Of a stretch of DNA of 64,000 nucleotides, positions 18,992 through 27,196 are shown one piece after another. Source of the stretch: an uncultured Chloroflexia bacterium (GTDB lineage: Bacteria > Chloroflexota > Limnocylindria > Limnocylindrales > CSP1-4); NCBI GenBank assembly GCA_963735455.1, contig CAVTKZ010000004.1, forward strand, positions 435,238 through 499,237, read 5' to 3'. Within the stretch, counting starts at the first letter, position 1; each line of letters opens with the position of its first letter. The notes under the pieces were generated by a model. That model was not told where the DNA came from. It saw only the letters and a list, made by a program, of their open reading frames with translations, and searched no databases. The translations under genes and the position numbers were made by a program.

Positions 18992-19957
18992 ATGAGGACT
19001 GGACCCGCAGCCAAGCTCGAGACTGTCTCGCCGGCCGCTTCGCGCCTTCCGTGGCAAGCCGCGTTCATCGTCCTGGCCGGGATCTGGGGCTGCTCGTTCT
19101 ACTTCATCAAGCTGGGTCTCGAGGGCCTGGACCCGATCCAGGTCGCGTTCGCCCGATGCCTCATCGGAGCGCTCGCCCTGGTCGCCGTGACCGCGATCAG
19201 CCGGACCCGGCTGCCGCGGGCCGCGGCCACCTGGCGCCACCTCTTCGTGATGGCCGCCCTGATGAACGTGATCCCGTTCGTCCTCTTCTCGTACGGCGAG
19301 ACGCAGGTCAGCTCGATCCTGGCCGGGATCATCAACGGCGCGACCCCGTTGAGCACCCTGGCCGTGGTCCTGATCGCCTTCCCCGAGGAGGAGCCGACCG
19401 CCAGCCGGGTCGTCGGATTGCTGATCGGCTTCCTGGGGATCCTGGTCGTGGTTGGCATCTGGAACGGCCTGGGCCAGGGTGAGCTGCCAGGGATCCTGGC
19501 CTGCATCGGGGCGATCTGCGGCTACGGCGTCGCCTATCCCTACGGCCGGCGCCACCTGATCGGGCTGGCCGACGGGCCGATCTCGCTGGCCACGGGCCAG
19601 ATCCTGGCGGCGACCCTGCTCCTCCTGCCGCTGGTGGCCCTGTCGGGCGCACCCGCCGGCCCGATTGGGCCGAGTGTCATCCTGGGCATGCTCGGCCTGG
19701 GCGCGCTGGGCACCGGGATCGCCTACGTCCTGAACTACCGGATCGTGGCCGCCGCCGGGGCGACCACGGCGAGCACGGTCACCTACCTGACGCCACTGGT
19801 GGCGATCCTCGTCGGGCTGGCCTTCCTGGGTGAGCCGCTGACCTGGAATGAGCCGCTGGGCGGTCTGATCGTGGTCCTCGGCGTGGCCGTCTCGCAAGGC
19901 CGCCTGCGCGGCCTGGCCCGGCGCCTGGTCGCCGATTCGGCCGAACCATTTACATGA
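18992..19957 (+). CDS. DMT-superfamily (EamA-like) transporter; start uncertain (ATG 18962 or 18992)
   Basis: About ten hydrophobic helices forming two EamA-like halves. Confidence 0.85.
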   Translation: MRTGPAAKLETVSPAASRLPWQAAFIVLAGIWGCSFYFIKLGLEGLDPIQVAFARCLIGALALVAVTAISRTRLPRAAATWRHLFVMAALMNVIPFVLFSYGETQVSSILAGIINGATPLSTLAVVLIAFPEEEPTASRVVGLLIGFLGILVVVGIWNGLGQGELPGILACIGAICGYGVAYPYGRRHLIGLADGPISLATGQILAATLLLLPLVALSGAPAGPIGPSVILGMLGLGALGTGIAYVLNYRIVAAAGATTASTVTYLTPLVAILVGLAFLGEPLTWNEPLGGLIVVLGVAVSQGRLRGLARRLVADSAEPFT

Positions 19958-19985
19958 CAGATCCTGACATGAACCTTGGTATGCT
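19951..19985 (+). promoter_or_regulatory. Motif copy A plus a -10 box directly upstream of the WYL regulator gene (leaderless geometry)
   Basis: TACATGACAGATCCTGACATGAAC (19951-19974), then 5 nt, TATGCT (19980-19985), 6 nt, ATG 19992. Confidence 0.5.
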
Positions 19986-19991
19986 TCGACG

Positions 19992-20957
19992 ATGCGTGCG
20001 TCGCGCCTGGTGTCGCTCCTGCTCCTGCTCCAGAGCCGCGGCCGGCTGACGGCCGCGGAGCTCGGGACCGAGCTGGAAGTCTCGGAGCGCACGATCCATC
20101 GCGACGTCGAGGCGTTGGCCGCCGCCGGCGTGCCGATCTATGCCGAACGAGGTCCGTACGGTGGGATCCGGCTGGTCGACGGCTACCGGACCCGGCTGAC
20201 CGGGATGACGGCCGGCGAGGCCGAGGCCCTCTTCCTGGCCGGCGTCCCGGGCCCGGCCGCCGAGCTCGGCCTGGGGACGGTGGTCGCCGCGGCCCGGCTC
20301 AAGGTCCTGGCGGCATTGCCGCCCGAGCTCCGCACCCGGGCCTCGCGGCTGGTCGAACGCTTCCACCTCGACGCCGTGGGCTGGTATCAGGGCTCCGAGC
20401 CAGTGCCCCTTCTGGCGGCGGTCTCCGAGGCGGTCTGGGCGAGCGAGCAGGTCAGTGTCGACTACCGCCGTGACCGGGTGGTGACTCGCCTGCTCGAGCC
20501 GCTCGGGCTCGTCCTCAAAGCCGGCGTCTGGTACGTCGTGGCCCAATACGAGGGCCAGATCCGGACCTACCGTGTCTCACGCTTCGACCGGGTGGAAGCG
20601 ACGGGTGAGCGATTCGAGCGGCCGGCCGGCTTTGACCTGGCCGGCTACTGGGCCGAGTCGACCGCCGCCTATGAGCGCGAGACGCCCCGGACTGCGGTCT
20701 GTGTCCGGGTCCGAACCGGGCGCCTTGGCCGGCTGCGCGACGTCGTCGGCCATCGGGTGATGGACGAGGCAGAGCCGGCTCCGGGTGATGAGCTGACCGG
20801 TTGGACCCGGCTCAACCTCCGGCTCGACTGGCCCGACGAGATCGCCGGCCGGCTGCTCAGCCTGGGGCCTGACCTGGAGGTGCTCGAGCCGGCGAGCGTG
20901 CGGGCTGAGATCGAAGCCCTGGCCGGCGGCGTCGTCGGGCGCTACGCAGCCGGCTGA
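19992..20957 (+). CDS. HTH + WYL-domain transcriptional regulator (PafB/PafC-like architecture)
   Basis: N-terminal HTH (LTAAELGTELEVSERTIHRDVEAL), central WYL-type segment (LKAGVWYVVAQYEGQIRTYRVSR), and a C-terminal extension. Confidence 0.9.
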   Translation: MRASRLVSLLLLLQSRGRLTAAELGTELEVSERTIHRDVEALAAAGVPIYAERGPYGGIRLVDGYRTRLTGMTAGEAEALFLAGVPGPAAELGLGTVVAAARLKVLAALPPELRTRASRLVERFHLDAVGWYQGSEPVPLLAAVSEAVWASEQVSVDYRRDRVVTRLLEPLGLVLKAGVWYVVAQYEGQIRTYRVSRFDRVEATGERFERPAGFDLAGYWAESTAAYERETPRTAVCVRVRTGRLGRLRDVVGHRVMDEAEPAPGDELTGWTRLNLRLDWPDEIAGRLLSLGPDLEVLEPASVRAEIEALAGGVVGRYAAG

Positions 20958-20974
20958 GCGGGGTCAGCTCCGGC

Positions 20975-21172
20975 TCAGCCCAGGGCCGGCTCGATCCGCT
21001 GGCCCGCGTCCGCGCAGGGCGCCGGGCTGGCGTCCCGTTCCGCCTGAGGAGACTCGGCCGCCGCCCCATTGCGCTCGGCCAGGTCCCGCTCGAAGCGCGC
21101 CTGGCGGAGGTTCTCGTCCGTCGTCCGGCGCCGCTCCGCGATCACGATCCGGGCAAGCTCGATGTTCAGCAT
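20975..21172 (-). CDS. 65-aa charged, probably helical small protein, hypothetical
   Basis: ATG preceded by GAGGAGAG. Has its own promoter-like region carrying motif copy B. Confidence 0.55.
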   Translation of the reverse strand: MLNIELARIVIAERRRTTDENLRQARFERDLAERNGAAAESPQAERDASPAPCADAGQRIEPALG

Positions 21173-21226
21173 GGCGGCTCTCCTCGTCGGCGGCGATCTC
21201 GTCTGACCGCATCACTTCTACGAGGA

Positions 21227-21263
21227 ATCCTAGCGCGCGTTCATGACTAAACCTGTCATGAAT
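21227..21263 (-). promoter_or_regulatory. Motif copy B plus a -10 box upstream of the 65-aa gene
   Basis: Minus strand reads TTCATGACAGGTTTAGTCATGAAC, then 6 nt, then TAGGAT. On the plus strand it appears as the palindrome TTCATGAC-N7-GTCATGAA. Confidence 0.5.
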
Positions 21264-21332
21264 CTCGGCCGGATCGACTGTTAACGCTGCCCTGATCGGC
21301 CTGGTTGGGGCCCGCACGCCGGGCCCCCGGGA

Positions 21333-21653
21333 CTACGCGCCGGGGGCGCGATAGGCGACCTTGACCTTGGTCGCCGCGTCAACTTCCTTGGGGCTCAGGA
21401 GGACCGTCGTCTTGATCCGCGCTGCCCCGGATGCACCGACCGCCAGGCTGACCGCCGACGCCTCGAGATTGCCCGGCAGGTCGGCGATCAGGTAGACGTC
21501 GTGGTCGCCGAAGGCGAAGTAGAACGCTTCGAGCTTGCCGCCCTGGGCCTCGACCAGCTTGCCGATCGACTTCGCCCGGCTGGTGCCGCCCTCCTTGACG
21601 AGGCCCTTCAGGCCCTCATGGGTATACGAGACCTGCCACAGGTACTTGGCCAT
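21333..21653 (-). CDS. GYD-domain protein
   Basis: ATG 21653 with GAGGAGGG upstream. Sequence MAKYLWQVSYT...LEAFYFAFGDHDVYLIADLP. Confidence 0.9.
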   Translation of the reverse strand: MAKYLWQVSYTHEGLKGLVKEGGTSRAKSIGKLVEAQGGKLEAFYFAFGDHDVYLIADLPGNLEASAVSLAVGASGAARIKTTVLLSPKEVDAATKVKVAYRAPGA

Positions 21654-21903
21654 CACGACCCTCCTCGGATTGCTCGGTCCGGCGTTCGCGCGACGCGCGG
21701 CTTGCTGGCTTGAGATCCACTCTGGCCGAAGGCTCGTCCCTTGTCCAGCGTGGCCCTGGCGCTTCGCGAGAGCGGGCGAATCGCAGGGCCGAGGTCCGGA
21801 TCCGGGAGTAGCCCCGGGCGCGCCACATGTCCGACTCGACCAGCGTCCACCTGATCGATATGCTCGCCGTTGGCGCGCACCGGTGGGAGTCGCGAGGCGC
21901 TCG

Positions 21904-22632
21904 ATGAATACCCGCTCGATCAGGCCGTCCCAGGTTCGACGGCTGGCCGTGATCTCGGCAACCCTGGCGATCGTGCTCGCCAGCTGCGCCAGCTCGAGCT
22001 CCACGCCGACGCCGGGTCCGACAAGCCCGCCGGCCTCGCCGTCGGACGCCTCGACCTCGGTCGCGCCGAGCACGGCTCCGACTGCGTCGCCAACGCTCGC
22101 CGCAACTCCGTCGCCGAGCGTGGAACCCAGCGCGGAGCCCAGCCCCACCGGTTCCGACGAGCCGAGTGCCGAGCCGACCGACGGGCCGACGCCGGCGCCG
22201 ACACCGTTCCAGTTCGGCGCCCGCGATCCCGTGACGGGCCTGAAGATGACCGGCCAGGACTTGGGTGACGAGACCGCCACCGACCCCGGCCACCAGCGGT
22301 TCACGCTCACCTGGCAGACGCCGACCTCGGCCAGCACGACCATCCGCGTGCTGGGCGTCACCAAGTGCTATGCCGACGAGACCACCACCAATCGGCCCTG
22401 CGTGCGGACCACGACTCACATCACCGCCTCGCGCGAGGTCCTGATCCGCAAGGTCCTGGCCTCCGCCCGCTCGGCAAGCTGGACCTGGCCGCAGTGGGAG
22501 GAGATCGGCGAGCCGATCGCCACCGACGGCCCGCACGACTTCTACGGGATCATCGTGACCTTGACGACCGGCGCGACGGTCAAGGTCGTTGTCCTGGATA
22601 CCTCTCTGACCTGCTTCGGCTGCGCCTACTGA
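21904..22632 (+). CDS. Lipoprotein with a Pro/Ser/Thr-rich linker and a Cys-containing C-terminal domain
   Basis: ATG 21904. Signal plus lipobox IVLASCAS. The upstream part of ORF 21535.. is antisense to the GYD gene. Confidence 0.75.
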   Translation: MNTRSIRPSQVRRLAVISATLAIVLASCASSSSTPTPGPTSPPASPSDASTSVAPSTAPTASPTLAATPSPSVEPSAEPSPTGSDEPSAEPTDGPTPAPTPFQFGARDPVTGLKMTGQDLGDETATDPGHQRFTLTWQTPTSASTTIRVLGVTKCYADETTTNRPCVRTTTHITASREVLIRKVLASARSASWTWPQWEEIGEPIATDGPHDFYGIIVTLTTGATVKVVVLDTSLTCFGCAY

Positions 22633-22695
22633 TCGCCCAGCCTGGTGCCCCAGGAGGGTCGGGAAGGGGCAGGACCACGCTCGCCATCCGTCGCG

Positions 22696-22751
22696 TTGAC
22701 GCTCGGGCGCGGAATTCCGATAATATGGGTCGGGATTAACCCGAGACCCAT
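22696..22751 (+). promoter_or_regulatory. suf promoter (TTGACG-17-GATAAT) followed by an imperfect palindrome, a candidate operator
   Basis: TTGACG at 22696-22701 and GATAAT at 22719-22724. ATGGGTC..GACCCAT arms at 22725-22751 enclose GGG-ATTAA-CCC. Confidence 0.6.
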
Positions 22752-22784
22752 TCCGAATCGGCAGCCCTGCCGTCTGGAGACCCG

Positions 22785-24188
22785 ATGACGACGACCCGCG
22801 AAATCGTCAGCGACCGTCGCGATGAATACGCCTTCCACGACGACATCGACTACCTCGCCCAGACGAAACGGGGCCTGACCCGGGAGACCGTCGAGGACAT
22901 CAGCCGGTTCAAGGACGAGCCTGACTGGATGCTCCAGTTCCGGCTGCGGGCGTACGAGCACTTCGTGAAGCGGCCGATGCCCACCTGGGGCGGCAACCTG
23001 CTCGACATCGACCTCGACAAGATCGTCTACTACCGCAAGCCGTCGGCCGGTGAGGAGAAGTCCTGGGACGACGTCCCCGAGAAGATCAAGGCGACCTTCG
23101 AGAAGCTGGGCATCCCCGAGGCCGAGCGCAAGTTCCTGGCCGGAGTGGGCGCCCAGTACGACAGCGAGGTCGTCTACCACTCGGTCCGCGAGGAGCTGAG
23201 CAAGATCGGGGTCGTGTTCATGGGCACCGACCAGGCGCTCAAGGAATACCCCGAGCTCTTCCGCCAGTACTTCGCCACGGTGGTCCCGCCCGAGGACAAC
23301 AAGTTCGCGGCGCTCAACAGCGCGGTCTGGTCGGGCGGCTCGTTCGTCTACGTCCCGAAGGGCGTCGAGGTCCCGCTCCCGCTGCAGGCCTACTTCCGGA
23401 TCAACGGCGAGAACACCGGCCAGTTCGAGCGGACCCTGATCATCGTCGACGAAGGCGCCAAGGTTCACTACATCGAGGGCTGCACCGCCCCGATCTACGC
23501 CACCGACTCGCTCCATGCCGCGGTCGTCGAGGTGATTGCGCTGCCCGGCTCGAAGGTTCGCTACACGACGATCCAGAACTGGTCGAACGACGTCTACAAC
23601 CTGGTCACCAAGCGAGCCCACGCCCACACCAACTCGACCGTCGAGTGGATCGACGCAAACACCGGTAGCCGGCTGACGATGAAGTACCCGGCGATCTACC
23701 TGCGCGGCGAGGGCGCCACGGCCGACATCATCAGCGTCGCGGTGGCCGGCAAGGGCCAGCACCAGGACACCGGCGCCAAGGCGATCCACCTGGCCAAGAA
23801 CACCCGCAGCCGGATCGTCAGCAAGTCGGTCAGCAAGGACGGCGGCCGGGCCACCTACCGCGGCTCGCTCAAGGTGATGCCCGGCGCGACGAACGTGGTC
23901 GCCTCGGTCCGCTGCGACGCGCTGATGCTCGACGACATCAGCCGGAGCGACACCTACCCGTACATCGACATCCAGGAAGACGATACGACGATGACCCACG
24001 AGGCAGTCGTGGGCAAGATCAGCGCCGACCAGATCTTCTACCTGATGAGCCGGGGTCTGACCGAGAACGAGGCCCAGAACCTGATCGTGCAGGGCTTCCT
24101 GGAGGTCTTCACCAAGGAGCTCCCGATGGAGTACGCGATCGAGTTCAACCGGCTGGTCAAGCTCGAGATGGAGGGGTCGCTGGGATGA
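22785..24188 (+). CDS. sufB: Fe-S cluster assembly protein SufB
   Basis: Full-length, highly characteristic sequence ([36 protein letters not shown]). Confidence 0.97.
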   Translation: MTTTREIVSDRRDEYAFHDDIDYLAQTKRGLTRETVEDISRFKDEPDWMLQFRLRAYEHFVKRPMPTWGGNLLDIDLDKIVYYRKPSAGEEKSWDDVPEKIKATFEKLGIPEAERKFLAGVGAQYDSEVVYHSVREELSKIGVVFMGTDQALKEYPELFRQYFATVVPPEDNKFAALNSAVWSGGSFVYVPKGVEVPLPLQAYFRINGENTGQFERTLIIVDEGAKVHYIEGCTAPIYATDSLHAAVVEVIALPGSKVRYTTIQNWSNDVYNLVTKRAHAHTNSTVEWIDANTGSRLTMKYPAIYLRGEGATADIISVAVAGKGQHQDTGAKAIHLAKNTRSRIVSKSVSKDGGRATYRGSLKVMPGATNVVASVRCDALMLDDISRSDTYPYIDIQEDDTTMTHEAVVGKISADQIFYLMSRGLTENEAQNLIVQGFLEVFTKELPMEYAIEFNRLVKLEMEGSLG

Positions 24189-25615
24189 CCGTCGAACGCG
24201 CCGCCCGCCCGGCCCGCATCGAGCGTGCCGGGGCTCCCGAGCGACGCGGCCTGGCGGACCTGCCGTTCCGGTTCGCCGATCAGGCGCTCATCGAGTCGAT
24301 CGTGTCCGAGCGCGAGGAGCCGGCCTGGCTCAAGGCTGAGCGTCTCGCCGCCTTCGAGGCGTACGAGGCACTGCCGACCGAGCCGAATCGGCTGTACACC
24401 CCGTACATCGACCTGCGCCCGGCCGAGCTGATGGGCGTGCGCCCGTACATCCAGACCACGACGGCAAGCACTGCGACGGAGACGCCGGTCGGCCGGACCC
24501 TGCCAGACGATGCCGACGGCCTGATCGAGCTTCGCGAGGACGGTGTCGCCGCCCTTGGCCTGTCGGCCGCCGCCCGCAGCGCCGGGGTGATCCTGGAGAC
24601 CCTCGGCGGGGCGTTGATCCGGGATCCGGCCGGGACGCGCGAGCTGCTCGAGGGTGGGTCCGGACTGCCGACCAATGACAAGTTTGCCCAGCTCGGCCGC
24701 GCCTTCTGGACCCAGGGGATCGTCCTGCGGGTGCCGGCCGGCGTGCGCCTCGAAAAGCCGATCGTCCTGCGCTGGCAGGTCGGGGCGCCGGAGCGCGCCC
24801 TGTTGACCCGCACGATCGTCAAGCTCGGCGAGGATGCCGGGGCATCCTTGCTCGAGGAGCTCTCGCCGAGCGGACCCGAGATTGCCTGTGCCGCCGGCGA
24901 GACCGTGCCCCAGGCCCTGTTCACCGGCACGATGGAGCTCCATCTCGAGCGCGGCTCGAGCCTCCACGTGGCGAGCATCCAGGACCTGGGTCCCCGCCAG
25001 ATCGCCTTCCAGCACCGACATGCCACGATCGGCCAGTCGGCGAATCTCCATTGGGCCCTGGCCCAGCTGGGCGGTCGCTTCGTGCGCTCGCGGGTCGACA
25101 ACCGGCTGGTCGGTGACGGCTCGGGGGTCGAGCAGGTCGAGATCGTCTTCGGGAGCGAGGCGCAGCTCTTCGACCTGACCAGCTTCACGACCCACCTCGG
25201 CCGGAACACGACCGGAAACCTGCTCAGCAAGGGTGCCCTGAAAGACTCGGCCCGGGCCTTCATGAAGGGCCTGATCACGATCGAGAAGTCGGCCGTCGGC
25301 ACGGACAGCTTCCTGGGCGAATTCGGGATGAACCTCTCGAAAGCCGCCCGGGCCGTGGCGATCCCCAGCCTGGAGATCGACCAGCCCGACTGCCGCCGGG
25401 CCGCCCATTCGAGCTCGGTCGGGCCGATCGACGAGACCCAGCTGTTCTACCTCGAGAGCCGCGGGATCGAGCCCGACGAGGCGCGCAAGTTCATCGTCCT
25501 CGGCTTCCTCGAGCCGGTCGTCGCCCGGGTCCCGATGGCCGACGCCCAGGACCGCCTGCGCGAGCTGCTCGAGGCGAAGTGGAGCAGTCGAGTGGCGGAC
25601 GCCTCCGCCGCCTGA
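24185..25615 (+). CDS. sufD: Fe-S cluster assembly protein SufD (long form, 476 aa)
   Basis: Start overlaps the sufB stop (ATGA). C-terminal SufBD fold ([22 protein letters not shown]). Confidence 0.9.
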   Translation: MTVERAARPARIERAGAPERRGLADLPFRFADQALIESIVSEREEPAWLKAERLAAFEAYEALPTEPNRLYTPYIDLRPAELMGVRPYIQTTTASTATETPVGRTLPDDADGLIELREDGVAALGLSAAARSAGVILETLGGALIRDPAGTRELLEGGSGLPTNDKFAQLGRAFWTQGIVLRVPAGVRLEKPIVLRWQVGAPERALLTRTIVKLGEDAGASLLEELSPSGPEIACAAGETVPQALFTGTMELHLERGSSLHVASIQDLGPRQIAFQHRHATIGQSANLHWALAQLGGRFVRSRVDNRLVGDGSGVEQVEIVFGSEAQLFDLTSFTTHLGRNTTGNLLSKGALKDSARAFMKGLITIEKSAVGTDSFLGEFGMNLSKAARAVAIPSLEIDQPDCRRAAHSSSVGPIDETQLFYLESRGIEPDEARKFIVLGFLEPVVARVPMADAQDRLRELLEAKWSSRVADASAA

Positions 25616-25944
25616 TGCGGATCGACCTGCTGGCCGCCGACGAGGTGGCGCCGGGCGAGATGAAGATGGCCTGGATCGACGGGACGGAGCCCGTCCTGGT
25701 GGTCAACGTCGGCGGCGAGTACCGGGCCTTCCAGGGGATCTGCAGCCACGAGTACTTCGAGCTCGACCGGGGCTTCCTGACCGGGGGCAGCCTGACCTGC
25801 GCCCTGCACCTGTCGCGCTTCGACCTCGAGTCCGGCGACGCCCTCGACCCGCCGGCCGAGCAGCCGATCGCCCGCTACGTCGTGGTCGTCGAGGATGGCC
25901 GGGTCCAGCTCGAGGCCGACGGCCCGCTCGAGGTCAACGAATAG
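25615..25944 (+). CDS. Rieske [2Fe-2S] ferredoxin-like protein
   Basis: ATG 25615 overlaps the sufD TGA. Motifs CSHEY ... CALHLSRF. Confidence 0.85.
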   Translation: MRIDLLAADEVAPGEMKMAWIDGTEPVLVVNVGGEYRAFQGICSHEYFELDRGFLTGGSLTCALHLSRFDLESGDALDPPAEQPIARYVVVVEDGRVQLEADGPLEVNE

Positions 25945-25977
25945 GAGCCAAGGCTCCGGCCCCCGCTAACAGCTCGG

Positions 25978-27196
25978 TCAGTAGCCCTGCCAGCCGGCGA
26001 CCATCGCGTCGGCGCCCGTCCGGAGCGTCGAATTGTCGACGCGGACGGTGCCCAGGTTGAAGCGCTCCTCGCCCGGCCCGAGCGCGGCACCTTGCAGCCG
26101 GGCGACGAGGTATTCGCCGATCCGTGGTCCGTGCTTGAAGGCATGGCCCGAGCCGCCACCGGCGATCCAGGTGTTCGAGAGGGCCGGATGGCGATCAAGG
26201 ATGAAGTGGGCGTCGGGGGTCATCTCGTACTGGCAGACCCGAGTCTCGACGATCGGCGCCGTGGCCAGCGCCGGGAAGCGCCGGCTGGCATAGCCGCGGG
26301 CCAGGCGGGTCGAATTCGGGATCGACGATGCGCTCGCCGCCGGACGGGTCGAAGACCGGGCCATAGCGATCGGGCGCCAGCTTCGTGCCCCGCCCGTCGA
26401 TCGCCGGCAGGCCGTAGAACGCGTTGTCGTAGTCGACCCAGGCCGGCAGCCGGCCGGCATCGAAGCTTATGTCGCCACCCGCCGGCCCGAAGAAGAAGAC
26501 GTCCTGCTTGGTGACCCGGATCAGCTCGCCGAGCACGTCCGGGAAGACCCGCGGCAGCCACGGCCCGGCGGCAAACACGAACGACCCGGCAGCCAGCCGC
26601 CGGCCGTCGCCCAGGACGACGTCGAGCAACCGGCCGCCCTCGCTCCGCCCTGGCCGCGCGGCCGACCGCTCGAACGTCCCGCCCCCACGCTCGAAGGCAC
26701 GGGCCGCCGCCGCGGTTCCCTGGCGGGCCATCAGGGCGCCGGCTTCGGGCTCGAAGACGAGGAAGGCGTCGTCGGCGAAGGCAATCTGCGGCCAGCGCCG
26801 GCGGGCCTCGTCGACCGCGACCTGCTCCACCGGGATCCCCTCGGCCCGCAGGACCCGCAGCGAGTCGGCCTCGAAGCCGTCCGGCCGATGGCCGAGCCAC
26901 AGGGTTCCCACCGGACGGAACAGGTCCTCGCCCCACTCCTCGCCGAACCGCCGCCAGTGGACCAGCGCCGCCCGCGACCAGCGGGCATAGAACGGGTCGC
27001 TGCCGTACGAGCTCCGAATGATCCGGGTCTCGTCACCGGAGGTGGCCCGCGGGTGGCCGGCGCCCCAGGCGTCGACGAGGGTGGTCCGCAGGCCGGCCCG
27101 ATTGGCCCACAGCGCGGTCCAGGCGCCCATCGTCCCGGCCCCGACCACGACCACGTCGGGCGAGCCCGGCCGAGCGCCGCTCACGTGCTCGCTCAC
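25978..27196 (-). pseudogene. FAD-dependent oxidoreductase (DAO/sarcosine-oxidase-like) with a 1-nt frame break near 26308
   Basis: ORF 26195..27196 (VVVVGAGTMGAWTA dinucleotide fold) is good up to GGERIVDPEFD. It continues in ORF 25978..26460 (RLARGYASRRFPAL...GGGSGHAFKHGP). Confidence 0.8.
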
